From assembly GCA_964270895.1 (NCBI GenBank), contig OZ185435.1: a stretch of DNA of 64,000 nt; one strand, written 5' to 3'. Each line of letters opens with the position of its first letter. Positions within the stretch are counted from its first letter, which is position 1. The notes below the pieces were generated by a model, which did no database searches, had not been told where the DNA came from, and saw only the letters and a list, made by a program, of their open reading frames with translations. A program made the translations under genes and the position numbers. Positions 41,281-52,879 of this stretch are shown here, piece by piece. This DNA is from Podarcis filfolensis (lineage: Eukaryota).

Positions 41281-44200
41281 ATAACTTTTTGCACGTGATG
41301 TAAAGTACACAGCAGCTAGGTAGAGGACCAGGTTGGTCTCCAAGCTAGCACAGGCAGGGTGAAAGCTAGCAGCTGTGTGAAAACAATCTCTCTCCGCACC
41401 ACACAAACCACATACTGTAGTAATTTCTGGCTGCAACAGAAGGTTTTGATCAGCAGAGGGCAGCAAAATACTCAAGCAAAATAGCCAGCGGACAGCACAA
41501 AGAACATGGGTCAGGGCTTGCTTACTTTCAGGCTGAGATTGACTTTCCTATTTAAACCAACTCACCTCTCCTTGAAGGACTTCAAGGAGAAGAGAGGCAA
41601 GGCTGACTGCTTGCATTGAATTGTTCAGAAATGTTGAGGGAGGAGAAAGGGAAATTCTCTCCCCCTTCCTCTTGTGTTTTCACATACTAGTCATTACACA
41701 GATTTGAAGAGGCCTTTCTGTGCATTCCTTAAAAGGGTAGCTGGGAGGCAAGGAGTGTTTCTATTCCATTTATCAAGGTGCAGGGGTCAGTATGAAGGGG
41801 TTGGTTGGAGAAGCCCAGTGGCACAGTAGGCAAAGGCACCCTACCTCCCCCAAAACCAACCAAGCCCTTAGCCATCCTCACCACTGTCCACTCCAACCAC
41901 CAGAGACTTTCTGCTGCATATGGTCAGAATGAGATGCTCCCTTACCATGAGCACTAACCAGCATCCAGAAGCCATTTCCTTTCAGCACCCTGGTTCAGCT
42001 CTATCCATGCCCAATGTGGGTCATTGCAACACAAATTTTACTAATTCAGGAAGTCCACCCCACACTTCATAGAAGCTTTTCTCAGGGATGCTTTACAAGA
42101 TGGGGATAGCTCAGGGGTTCAGCATCTGCTTTGCATAAGGATTTGATCATGGGTGCACCTTCAAGAAGGGCTGGGAGACCCCTCTGAAAACCTTGGAGAG
42201 CTGCTGCCAGTCAGTGTATAACAATAAAACAATGAGCAGAATGGTGATACAATGACTACTGCAATCGACCCAAGATAATATCCTCCTGATGGAAACATGC
42301 AGGTAAGTTTCTATAGAGTGTTTTTGTATTAGTAGGACTGGGGGTATTAACTATGTATGTGCGAATAAACTACTTTTATTCTTGTAGAGGTATCCCTGCT
42401 TTAAGTCATTTACATGCTGTCTTCTCTTGTATATTATTTATTACAAAGGTATGTCTTAATTATGCATTCTCAACGTAATTTAATTTTCCTTATTCTACTT
42501 GTTAATTCAATGCAATTCTGTTACAATTGATTTTGACAGCTCGATGACTAAGCTCTTTATTAGAACCATGTCTGAGCACTGAACCACTGGTATATCACAA
42601 GTGAACTCTTTATTTACTGCGTTTCCAAGATAAAACCTATTTCGGAAGGAAACTACTTTTGCTATTTTGGGGGGCATTTATTGTTTGTTTACAGATAGCG
42701 GCCTTGGTGATATTACCTTGTGTCGATTGCACAGCCAGCCATTGTAGGCAATAGAGCTATAGTGCTGTTCCTAGAGTGAGTGGACCAAGCCTGCATCCTC
42801 TCACTCTTGCCTTGCCTGCACAACCCAAGTCCACCAACCCAACCCATTTCTGAGGATGTGAGGATAGACTGTTCAAACAACCCTTCACAGGAGAAGTCAG
42901 TGCTTATAGAACACGGCATGAATCAGAACAGTGTTAATCTCTTAGGGCTTGGCTGAGCTTACAAACCAAGCAAGTACAACAGGATGTGTTACCGAAGAGG
43001 CAGGGGAGAGACAAGAGGCCACAGTAATGTTGCAGAGCAGTCAAGATGGGAGTGTACGCTCTTCCATGTATACAGATCCCCAGTTCAGCTGAGGAACCCT
43101 TGGCCTTCCAGATGTTGCTGGACCAAACCATCCATCATCTCTGCCCATTGGCCATCCTGGCCGGGGCAAATGTGTAGGACAGTCTTCCATAACCAGGTGC
43201 CCTGCAAATGTTTGGACTACAGCTCCCACCAGCCCCAGCTAGCCAGCATGGCCAATGGGCAGGAATTATGGGAGATGTCATTCAAAAACATCTAGAGGGA
43301 ATCTGGTTGGGGAAAGCTGGTGTACTGAATGTGTATCCAACATCTGAACCCTCCACCTTAAGCCTGAGGTGGTACAAACCAGCAGCAAATACGCCATCTG
43401 CTCACAGTGGGGGGCAAGGCTGGAAAGAAACTCATGTGATAGACTGGAGATGTTGCTGCCTGTGGGGATTTGGTGAAAGGACTTCCTAGGGACTGCAGGT
43501 TTCAGCCTGGGCTTCCTGCTCAGAGGTCAGCTTGAGGGATTAAACAGTATCATTTTCTCCTACCCAGCCTCAGCTTTCAGGGAAATTCTCCCTGTCTGGC
43601 CACCTCTAGCCTTTAATGCTTGCCTTTCAACCAACACCCACTTCCTGCTTCCTTCTCAGTCCCCTTGTTTTCACTACTGTTAACTTGCAGGACTATGGAA
43701 CACTTCTCCCGTGCCTGGCAACTGGACCCGATGCCCCTGTGAGAAATTTCCTGTGATTGGCAGAAACACAAGTGAACACACCCATGGCTGTCATGCCAAC
43801 AGGGTGACTGGCTCCTGCCTTTCCTTAATGGCCTGGTCTTTCCCTGCCTTGGCTCCAAGGCCAGTCATCCAGCGAGACACCCAAAGTGCTAAATTGATCC
43901 CTTGCCATCCAACTCGCCCAGTCTTGGTTTCATGTGGTCAGTGAGGTTTTTAAGACTGCAGTGAAAGATTCATATGGGCACATCACTGTCCAAACCTCCC
44001 TCCCCTCCATGGACGCAAAAAAAGAGAGACAGGAACTCAGGATTCCTATAAAACAAATCTCCTGATTTATACCAAATATATATATATATATTCATATAAA
44101 AGAGCAAAAAAACACAATTTCATTAACTATTTCCGCAAATTATAAAAAGACAAAAAATACAAACACAATTCATGTTGATCGCTGAGATGATCAAAACGTG

Positions 44201-44513
44201 ACTGGGGTCCCGATGCAATTCAGCGGGGAACCCAGCACGGCACCCCATAGAGGGCAGGAAGGCAGATGCTGTTTAGAAACTGGCATCTTGGAATGTAGTA
44301 CAATTATCTTTGGCCCAACCACCAACTGCTTGCAAAATCTGGTGTCGGGGGAGAGGGAAAGAGAAAGAGATGACCAGGTTTTGTGCGGCTGTGTAGAGAA
44401 GACAAGAAAGTTGTGGACATCTCATTCCTCTTTCTGCTCTCCCCCCTATACAGTAAACCCCAACAAAAACAGTGAATGCTGCTATATAGCTGCCTATCTC
44501 TGTCCCACTAGTG

Positions 44514-44637
44514 CAGCCTTCGTCACCTGAAGTCTTCCAGATGTTTTGGACTATCAACTTCCATGGCCATTTTGGCTGGGGGCTGATGGGAGCTGGTAGT
44601 CCAAAATACATGGAAGACTCCAGGTTGATGAAGGCTA
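44514..44637. mobile_element. hAT-type palindromic MITE (related degraded copies near 18.6, 32.9, 37.9, 43.1 and 50.0 kb)
   Basis: Long imperfect inverted arms; 8-bp flanks CACTAGTG / GACTAGAG with a CTAG core. Confidence 0.6.
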
Positions 44638-45037
44638 GACTAGAGAAAACATGAAAATCCCTCCTAAGAGGAGACAATCAGCAGAGGAAGAGAACAAAAT
44701 AGTACCTTTACCACATGTATAAAAGTAAAAAAAAATAGTGTCCCTTTTAGAACCTTTTTTAAAAAAGACACTCGCACACTCACATACATACATACATACA
44801 TACACACACGGAGCTAGACTTCCAAACGTGCCCCTCAGGAGACATGGATGAGGAGGCTTCCATCATTTCCCTTCCTTGCCCTCAACCCAACAAAAATCAG
44901 AGAACATCCTCGTCCCTCCACCCACTCTGTCCGGGCGTTTCCAAACTTCAGGCTAGGAGCAGACATTCACACACTGCCAATTCTCCACAGACACTTCCTG
45001 TTGTCATCTGTGCAGCTGCCCAGTGAGGCCCAGTACT

Positions 45038-45045
45038 TCAGAGGC
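45038..45045 (-). CDS. Candidate terminal coding micro-segment of the connexin (GC CTC TGA) after intron 45046-45681
   Basis: Donor ACTG/GTAAGT at 45682/45681; acceptor TTTTTCCTTCCTTTTTCCAG ending at 45046; the join gives ...ERPTGL-stop. Confidence 0.6.
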
Positions 45046-45673
45046 CTGGAAAAAGGAAGGAAAAACATGTTAGTTTCTCAGTCCAAACCTGCCCTTCACA
45101 AATGTGTTTGTATCCCAAGAAGGGTGGGCTGAGGTCCATCAGTGAAGAAAGCTGTAGGCTGGAGAATGGACAGTGAGCTTAGTTCAGTTCTAGCACTCAG
45201 GACCATTTCCCAGGCTTAGAATTCTTTAATACTGTGTGGATGTGTTTTGTACCTGCCTCTAGGTAGTGGATCTTGGAAGTTCTAGCAAAAAAAAATAGGT
45301 GTGGGTACAGTTTGTCTGTTTTAGGGAATTCCCCAATTGTTCCCCGAGCGTCAAATTTCCTCACTGTTGATGCTTGCTACATCTGGATGCTAATCATCAA
45401 CTTTCACTTTAATCCAGCCTATTTTCTGGTTGTCTCTCTCAAACACATTGCCACGGGGCAGAATCCTTAACCATACTGCACCTTGATGTAATCCTCCACA
45501 AGGCTCACCTCAGAACCTACAGGTGGCAGCGGGAAACCCCAGCCCTCCATTCTACACTAGCAGCTCTTTCAAGCTTAACCAGTCAGCACCAGCTAGACGG
45601 CATCATGATTCTGGCTCTTCCAGACTGCAACAGACAGCCTTTGCTGGCATCCTAGGAAAGCCTAACCCAGGCT

Positions 45674-46828
45674 TCACTTACCAGTCGGTCGCTCACAGGC
45701 TGCGCCTTCCTTCTCATGTGCTGAGTTGAGGCGGTTCTGTTCTGCAGCCAGCCCGTTGGACTCGGGGCTGCTACTACGAGAAGGGCTGGCTGTGTCCTCC
45801 GGCTGCAGGTGGAAGGCCATTTCTAGGTGCTCCTGTGCCATCCGGAGGTGTTTGCGCAGTCGCTCCAACTCATGGCTCGGGACGGTCGGTGCGACAGCAT
45901 AGCGGTCGGCGGCCAGCCCAGCCAAGCTCTCTCCACCGTAGCCCAACTTGTCCTTGGCTACCTGTCTCTTGGAGGTCTCCTTCTTGAGAGAATGGTAGGT
46001 CGGGGGTGCACTGGGATGCTTCTGGACATACTGGGACCTGGGGGGGTCACCACCGTCCTTACTATCAAGGCCGCGTAGGGCATCCCGAATCCCGCCGAAG
46101 CCCAGGTGAAACAGCTCACAGACATTGAGCAGGAGACAAAGGCAGCTCACAGCGTACATGATGAGGAGGAAGATGGTTTTCTCCGTAGGGCGGGAGACAA
46201 AGCAATCCACTGTGTGAGGGCAGGGGCTGCGGGTGCAGACATACGAGGGCATCACCTCGAAGCGGTACAGCACGTACTGCCCCAGCAGGAAGCCCACCTC
46301 AAACACCGAGCGGCACAGCAGCTGTAGCACGTAGGCCGTCATCAGCCCGTCCTTCTTGATGCGCCGGCGGCCGTCGTGCTTCTGGCTGTCGGGCTCCTTC
46401 ACCTCCCTCTCGGGCTCCACCTCCTCAAAGATCATGGGGTCCTCCTCGCCATTGTCCTCCGCCTCCTCGTAGTCGCGGCCTGCGCCGCGGTGCACCACAG
46501 GGGCACGGCTTTTCCGAGGCGGCTGGCGCGAGAGGCGGTGCAACGCAAAGCCCAGGTACATCACCGAGGGCGTGGCTATCATGATGATCTGGAAGATCCA
46601 GAAGCGGACATGCGAAAGCGGGGCAAAGGCATCATAGCAGACGTTTTCACAGCCCGGCTGCTGCGTGTTACACACAAACTTGCTCTGCTCATCATAGTAG
46701 ATGGACTCGCCACCCACCGCTGTCAGGACAATGCGGAAGACAATCAGCACAGTCAGCCACACCTTCCCCACAAAGGTCGAGTGCTGGTTGATCTCCTCAA
46801 GGAGGCGGGTGAGGAAACTCCAGCTCAT
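45674..46828 (-). CDS. Gap junction gamma-class connexin (GJC1/GJC2-like; motifs of the Cx43.4/gjc4 lineage), 384 aa
   Basis: [13 protein letters not shown]-terminus, extracellular loop cysteines ([12 protein letters not shown]; [12 protein letters not shown]), four TM segments. Acceptor GACTGCAG at 46846-46847 gives a 17-nt leader with an in-frame stop. Confidence 0.95.
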   Translation of the reverse strand: MSWSFLTRLLEEINQHSTFVGKVWLTVLIVFRIVLTAVGGESIYYDEQSKFVCNTQQPGCENVCYDAFAPLSHVRFWIFQIIMIATPSVMYLGFALHRLSRQPPRKSRAPVVHRGAGRDYEEAEDNGEEDPMIFEEVEPEREVKEPDSQKHDGRRRIKKDGLMTAYVLQLLCRSVFEVGFLLGQYVLYRFEVMPSYVCTRSPCPHTVDCFVSRPTEKTIFLLIMYAVSCLCLLLNVCELFHLGFGGIRDALRGLDSKDGGDPPRSQYVQKHPSAPPTYHSLKKETSKRQVAKDKLGYGGESLAGLAADRYAVAPTVPSHELERLRKHLRMAQEHLEMAFHLQPEDTASPSRSSSPESNGLAAEQNRLNSAHEKEGAACERPTGK

Positions 46829-49800
46829 CTTGGCTCAGCACACGCCTGCAGTCAACAAGCACAGTAGGCAGAAGGTTAAACTGAAGTAATTTCATCCGAT
46901 TTCCCCACAAGCTTCCAAGTGAACTCCCCAAGACCCCACAAGGAGGAACGCACAGTCCCCAGTCCCACAAGATGTCTAAGTTTTTTGTGTGTTTTTTTTT
47001 AAAGTGAAGTCATGGGAGGGAATCACTATTTCTGGTGGTGATGAGAATTGGAAATTTTTGGGGAAACTAACAGAAATTATTATAACTTGGTGGATTAAAG
47101 TGTCCTGTTATATTTGGGAAACGTATCTACATGAAAACCACATCATGTCAATTAAACAATAAATAATACATCCTTGAAAACATTGCCATCTCAAAACAAA
47201 TTTTCTAGTAAGGATCAGTTTCAGACAAATCTAAAGCTTCCTATTCTCAACTTTCATTTTTATCCCCATGGACTTCAGAAAGTTTGCATGGATTGGGGGA
47301 GGGGCGGAACCCTCCTACTGTTTCACTTGTTAGCTTGTTTCTTGACCTGGCACATACCGGTATTTTCTCAAAGACAAATCAAGTTTTGTTTTGTTTTTTT
47401 AAAAAATAACAGCCATAGCCCTTTGCAAACACTCTTCATTCTAAAAGAGAAAAAATATATTAAGGGTTTTTTGCGGGGTTATTGTCAATTTTTCCACTTA
47501 AAAATTGACAAAATCCTCAGGCAGGGGAGAAATGGGGGTTCCCTCCCATTTTCCCATGTAATTATGTAAGAATGAGCTCCACAAAAACCCTGGAGCAGGA
47601 GTGAATCATAGCTTAATTCCACTCACTTTCCACTCACTACATAATGACTTGGCTTTTGCCATCATACCCACGGTGACCTCCAACTGATAATCACATAGCA
47701 CCTACAAAAAGCAACAACTGAGGACCACTTAATAAACTGCTCTTTTAAAGATGTAGATGCCAACTATTTTATGTATATACATACTCAGCATGTGTGCAAC
47801 AAATACATACTTGTAAACACATGGATTATACAGGTAAACAGGCAAGAGAATTCAAGTTTGGAGATGGGTTCTTGCCACGTTTAAATACATACACTTCCTG
47901 CTTACTGTTAGAAAGCCAACCAGTGACTCACAGCCCAATCTTTCCATACCCAAAAAGCACAACACAAGTTTCTAAGACACTTGATTCTCCCCCTCCCATG
48001 TCCGGAGTCAACTCAGGGCCAAACTAGACTCATGTCCGAGAAGCATGAATGCATCTCCCAAACATTTTTTGTGTGTGTGTGCTTGGCCAAAAGCAGCCAC
48101 AGGGGAGACCATTTAGATTTGAAATCCAACATAGGCAGAGGGAGGGAATAAGCCTTTCCCTACACTGTGGTCTTGATCCAAACCACTCACCGCCAGAACC
48201 ATTAGCTGAAAAAGTAAAATGCAGTGTCTGTATGTTCCACCATGGGGTGGGTGGGTGGGTGTGTACTCACAAAATTGCCCCCCCTTTTTAGCCCTACCTT
48301 ATATAAAGTGATGAATTTTACAGCTTGCTGACATCACATTTCCTTTGACCCTCCTCCTGAGAGGAAACCCAATTCTGCTTGACTCATTTCATACACATAT
48401 TATAACAATGACGCACGCACACACACACACAGTGACAAAGCTGAATGGAGATGAGGGCTGGCATGGGATATGAAGCCAAGTATCTGCCTATACTACTCAT
48501 GGGGAGGGTTTATTCTCCCCTGCCTCCTAGGAATACTCCCTGCTGTCAACTTAGCCCTGAGATCAGTGCAGGAGATTTGGCAGAGCAGCTGCTCTGGGAG
48601 TCAACTCAAGAGGCTTGCCTCAACCTTTGGATGGATGCCATGTCCTGGTGCGCCTGGGGCGGGTGTGACGCCCCAATGCTCACATACAATAAGCATCCTG
48701 GAGTAAAGGAGGCACCCCAGCCAGCCCCAGGGTAGAAGTTTGTGCTATGCTCAGCTTCTACAGGGCAAATGTTTAAGGGTGCTCAATCACCTCTGCTTCC
48801 TGTTCCCATCACCATGCCAGGGCTTAGCTAGCGAGGTCCTCCTCCCTCTCTTAGCTGTTTGAACAGTACATGCACAACACACCCACAGGTGCTGAGGCTA
48901 AAGTCATGCAAAGAGAAGCAAAGTGTTTTATTTCTCCAGCATTCACACGCATGCTGTAAGCAGGGGAATAGAATATTGTTTTCCCTCCCAAGCAGAAGAT
49001 TGCATCAGTGATGCCGACAAGGGAATGAAGATTCCCACCCACCCACTTTGCTGTGCTTCCTACACCTGCTATCTCCATTCAGAGGTGGGTATCACTGGAA
49101 GGAAAAAAGCAGAAGCTACTCCAATAGCCGCCTTCTAACGTATGTGGCAGGCGTTTGTTCTGATCAAGGAAATAGTCTGCAATCCCCGACTTCGAGCTGT
49201 AAGGGTAATGCTTCTTAACTAAACCACCAGTACTTTAAAAGTTGTTAGAACTGCAACTTGCAGAACAGCCTTGTGGGGGCAGACATCCTTCTCAGTTATC
49301 CCAAAAGTTGTTCTCTGAACATATTCAAGAGTTCAAAAACCATGAGTGCCACAAGTAGCAACATGGGGAAGAAAAGTTTCCTTGGTTTTCTTTTTCTGCA
49401 GGATATTTCCCATTCCCCAAGTTCATTAGTAGCAATAACTCAATGTGAACTGGAAATAAATATTAGGAAACCGTGGCAATTTCAAGGTTTTTAGCAGGTG
49501 TATACAAGGGAAACAAAACATGCTACATCAGATCACTTCCTAGCATATCAGAAAATTTTCCAAGCCAAAATTTCCTAATGCAAATTCCCCTAATTTTCAT
49601 AGGTTTTCCCAGAACTTTTTCCAGCTCACAATTTTCACTGACCACAAGCATTAGTTTGTTTTCTACTCACATAAAGGAGAAAATGGTTATTTGCACACAA
49701 GCATCTTGTACTCAGTTGACTAAACTGACATAAAAAAGACATGAGAAACAGCCACTAGTGTGCACTGTAAAGCAGTTTCAGAGCACCAGTCAGGACAAAG

Positions 49801-50436
49801 TTACTTCAGTTTAACAACCTTACTCAATCTCCAACCTGCCTGACACACACACTTCAGAGCCTGATAAACTTTAAAGGAGACCTGTGCTCAAGGGAACGCT
49901 GCCATCAAGTCAATTCTTTGCAGCTGAGAGGACTGAATACTTTGCAGGATCGGAAGGTCCACACCCTAGGGAAGGTGGTATGCAATTATCACACAGGTGA
50001 AAGCAGCCTAGACCAGTCTTTTTCAACCTGGAGCCCTCCAGATCTTGGAGACTACAAATCCCATCAGCCCCAACCAGCTAGACAGTTTATGAAAGATTTT
50101 CACCCTTTTCTATAAAACTACCTCTTTATTCGCATTCCCAGCTAACAGCAGAATGCCACAAGGGAGGGCACAGTACATGCACAACTTACACACATTTAAC
50201 TTGTGCACATTCAGTTTTATGCGCGAAGCAACAAACAAACAAACAAAAAAACATTTTTTAAAAGGGAGTGGAAAGGGGGCGGATGTCTCAGAAAAAGAAC
50301 TTGGCCAATCCCACCCATCACTGCACCTAATGTGTTTTGACTATGCACAATTTTGGCTGTACGCACTATCCCAGGAAAATCCCCACTCCTTGAGGGCTTA
50401 CTGTAGTAATCTTAAAAATGAATGGAGGCAGCCTAA

Positions 50437-50438
<2 letters not shown>

Positions 50439-50482
<44 letters not shown>
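50439..50482. repeat. (GT)n microsatellite
   Basis: Directly visible. Confidence 0.95.
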
Positions 50483-50485
<3 letters not shown>

Positions 50486-52879
50486 GGAGGAGTGATGTAA
50501 TAGTTGTGCTAGCAGACCTCACCTTACCCATTCAAAGGTTTGGAAATAAATTCACAAAAATTACTAATCCATATGCTCTTCTAGCCTTTCCCTCCCATGT
50601 AAGGATATTTCTGGCACAACATACTGAAATGGGGGTGGGGGTGGAGGACAATTTTCTTCCAACTTACAAAGGCTCCCTTATCTGGTTTCGAGAATGCCAT
50701 AGGTGACAGAAATTTACAAGTCTGTATTCAAAGGGAGTGATAAGAGCAGTTAGAAGGCATGCTAGGAGAATGGGGGATTTACTTCGTTCTTCTGGGTTGT
50801 TTCATTTCAATTCTATTCTGTAATGCAATGTGAGTAGCAATGCAACTGAGCACCCAAGAAAAAAGTTTTGCTACCTAATACCATAGAAGTTATTTATTTC
50901 TAATATGCCATTTTTGACTTGTGTTATAAGAATTCTAAGAACTCAAATATAGAATGGTCATAAATGTACAAGGCAAGCACATACATAAGTATATAAACCA
51001 CGTGTCTGAAATAGTACAGGAGAGCAATCCTGAAGCCATGTTGACTCTCCCAAATTGACCTCAAATATTTTTCTGCAAGGAGGGAGGAAATGGGAAAAGC
51101 TTTCCAATTGTCTTTGGACTGTAGGAGCTTACACATTCCTGCAAATACAGTCTGGCAAGTATCTGTTAAACTGAGCAAACTATCAATATGTGTAAGAGAT
51201 TTAGGAAATAAAGTATTTACTATCTCAAAGAAATGGCCAAGCTACCCAGAAAGTGCAATGAAGTAAGGCATTATCAGGTATCCTGGCAGACAGGAGAGAA
51301 GCAACACTGTCAAATTTCTGCTGGAGAACGCCTCCTTCTGTGATGTATGAATGTTGTTGTTTTTTTGAGGGGGATCTTGCGGTACAGGGTGGGCAATTTC
51401 AAAAGTCTTTATAGGGGCTTCGGCACCATTTTTCTGGGTCTCTCCAACGACCTTGCAAAGGAAGGGAGCCAACTCTGTTGCAACAGAAAAATAAAGACCT
51501 GCCTTGCTTTCTATGGATCTTGCCTCCATCCATTCATCTCTGACCAGTCATAGACTTAGGAGACCATGACTCAGTTGGGCAACTCAGTTGGCCAGCAAAA
51601 GCCAAACTCCCTATTTTTTCTATAACACTTGTCAGAGAGATAACCACAAAGCTCAATTACACACTAGTTTTGGCACCTCTACAAACAGTGCAAAAGTTGT
51701 AGAACTCCTTTGAATTGGAAACAAGACTACCCCCCTCATTACCTGCATTTTGCTGCCAAATAAACAAGTTTTTCTTCTAACAAGCACTGAGAGGGCGGAT
51801 TAGCTAAGAACTGCTTATTCACTGTGGTTGTATACATTGAAGTTAGAATTTCTATGGCTATATATTTATTATATATTTATTTATATTTATTAGTTGTATT
51901 ATTAGTTGTACACTGCTTTTTTTAAAACCCTCAAAGCGGTTTACAAAAAGATAAGACAATAAAACAAAGGAAAAAATAAAACTCTACTTCGAAACATATG
52001 AAATTTAAAATACTACACACACACACACTACTATATTTTACAGGTGATTGTACCCCACTCTGGGATCCTTTTGGGATGAAGGAAGCTTTATTATATAATA
52101 CATAAAAAATGATGGACTAATGCTACCAGAACTCCAGGCAAACAGAGCACCAGGATTGCCTTTTGCTTACAGTTACAATTTTCAACACTGGCCATGTGCT
52201 TGGAGACCACATGCAGAACAAATCAGGGAGCCAAGCTGACTTTGATGCTACTCAAAGGAGAATGGACAATGGAGGAATTCACAGGAATTCCCTACCATAG
52301 AAGAGTCAAGCTAGACAAATCCCTTGTTGGGAGTTGGTTGTTTGGGTCTATGTCCACCCCTCCATGTTACACTCCAACCAATACCAAGCCTGTTCTTTTC
52401 AAAGGACTACTGACCACAAGACTACTTGGCACAAATGCGTGTTTACCAACAAAGGAGCATTTCCTGGGTAAATGGGACAAATATCAGCTGCCCAACGAGC
52501 ACACCTGAATAAAGCATATGCTTGAGCACATAGGGCACTTTAAAATATCATGGCCAGCCCTAGCCCCCAGGGTGTGTTATCCCTCCTTGAGTTAAGTACT
52601 GTACTTCTGTCCCTGTATTATGCCTCAAAACCAACTTTTGCCTCAAAGGGGGCAACTAGAACAAAAAATGCGAGTCACAAGCCCGCACGGCCATATGTAG
52701 ATGCCCCCTTGTTCAAAACTCTTATACTTCGCTAATCTGGGGCATATGCCCCAAATCACTCAACACGGTCCTCGTATATACACAACCAGGGCGACCTGAA
52801 AATGGATCCCCTCTCCATTTTTTGTCTTGTTGGGGTGGAGGGGTGGGCTTCTAACCATTATTATGGGTATACCATATAA

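Noticed and set aside
46376-46867. 163-aa antisense ORF over the connexin
   Set aside because: Expected antisense openness of GC3-rich coding sequence; no independent gene signals.
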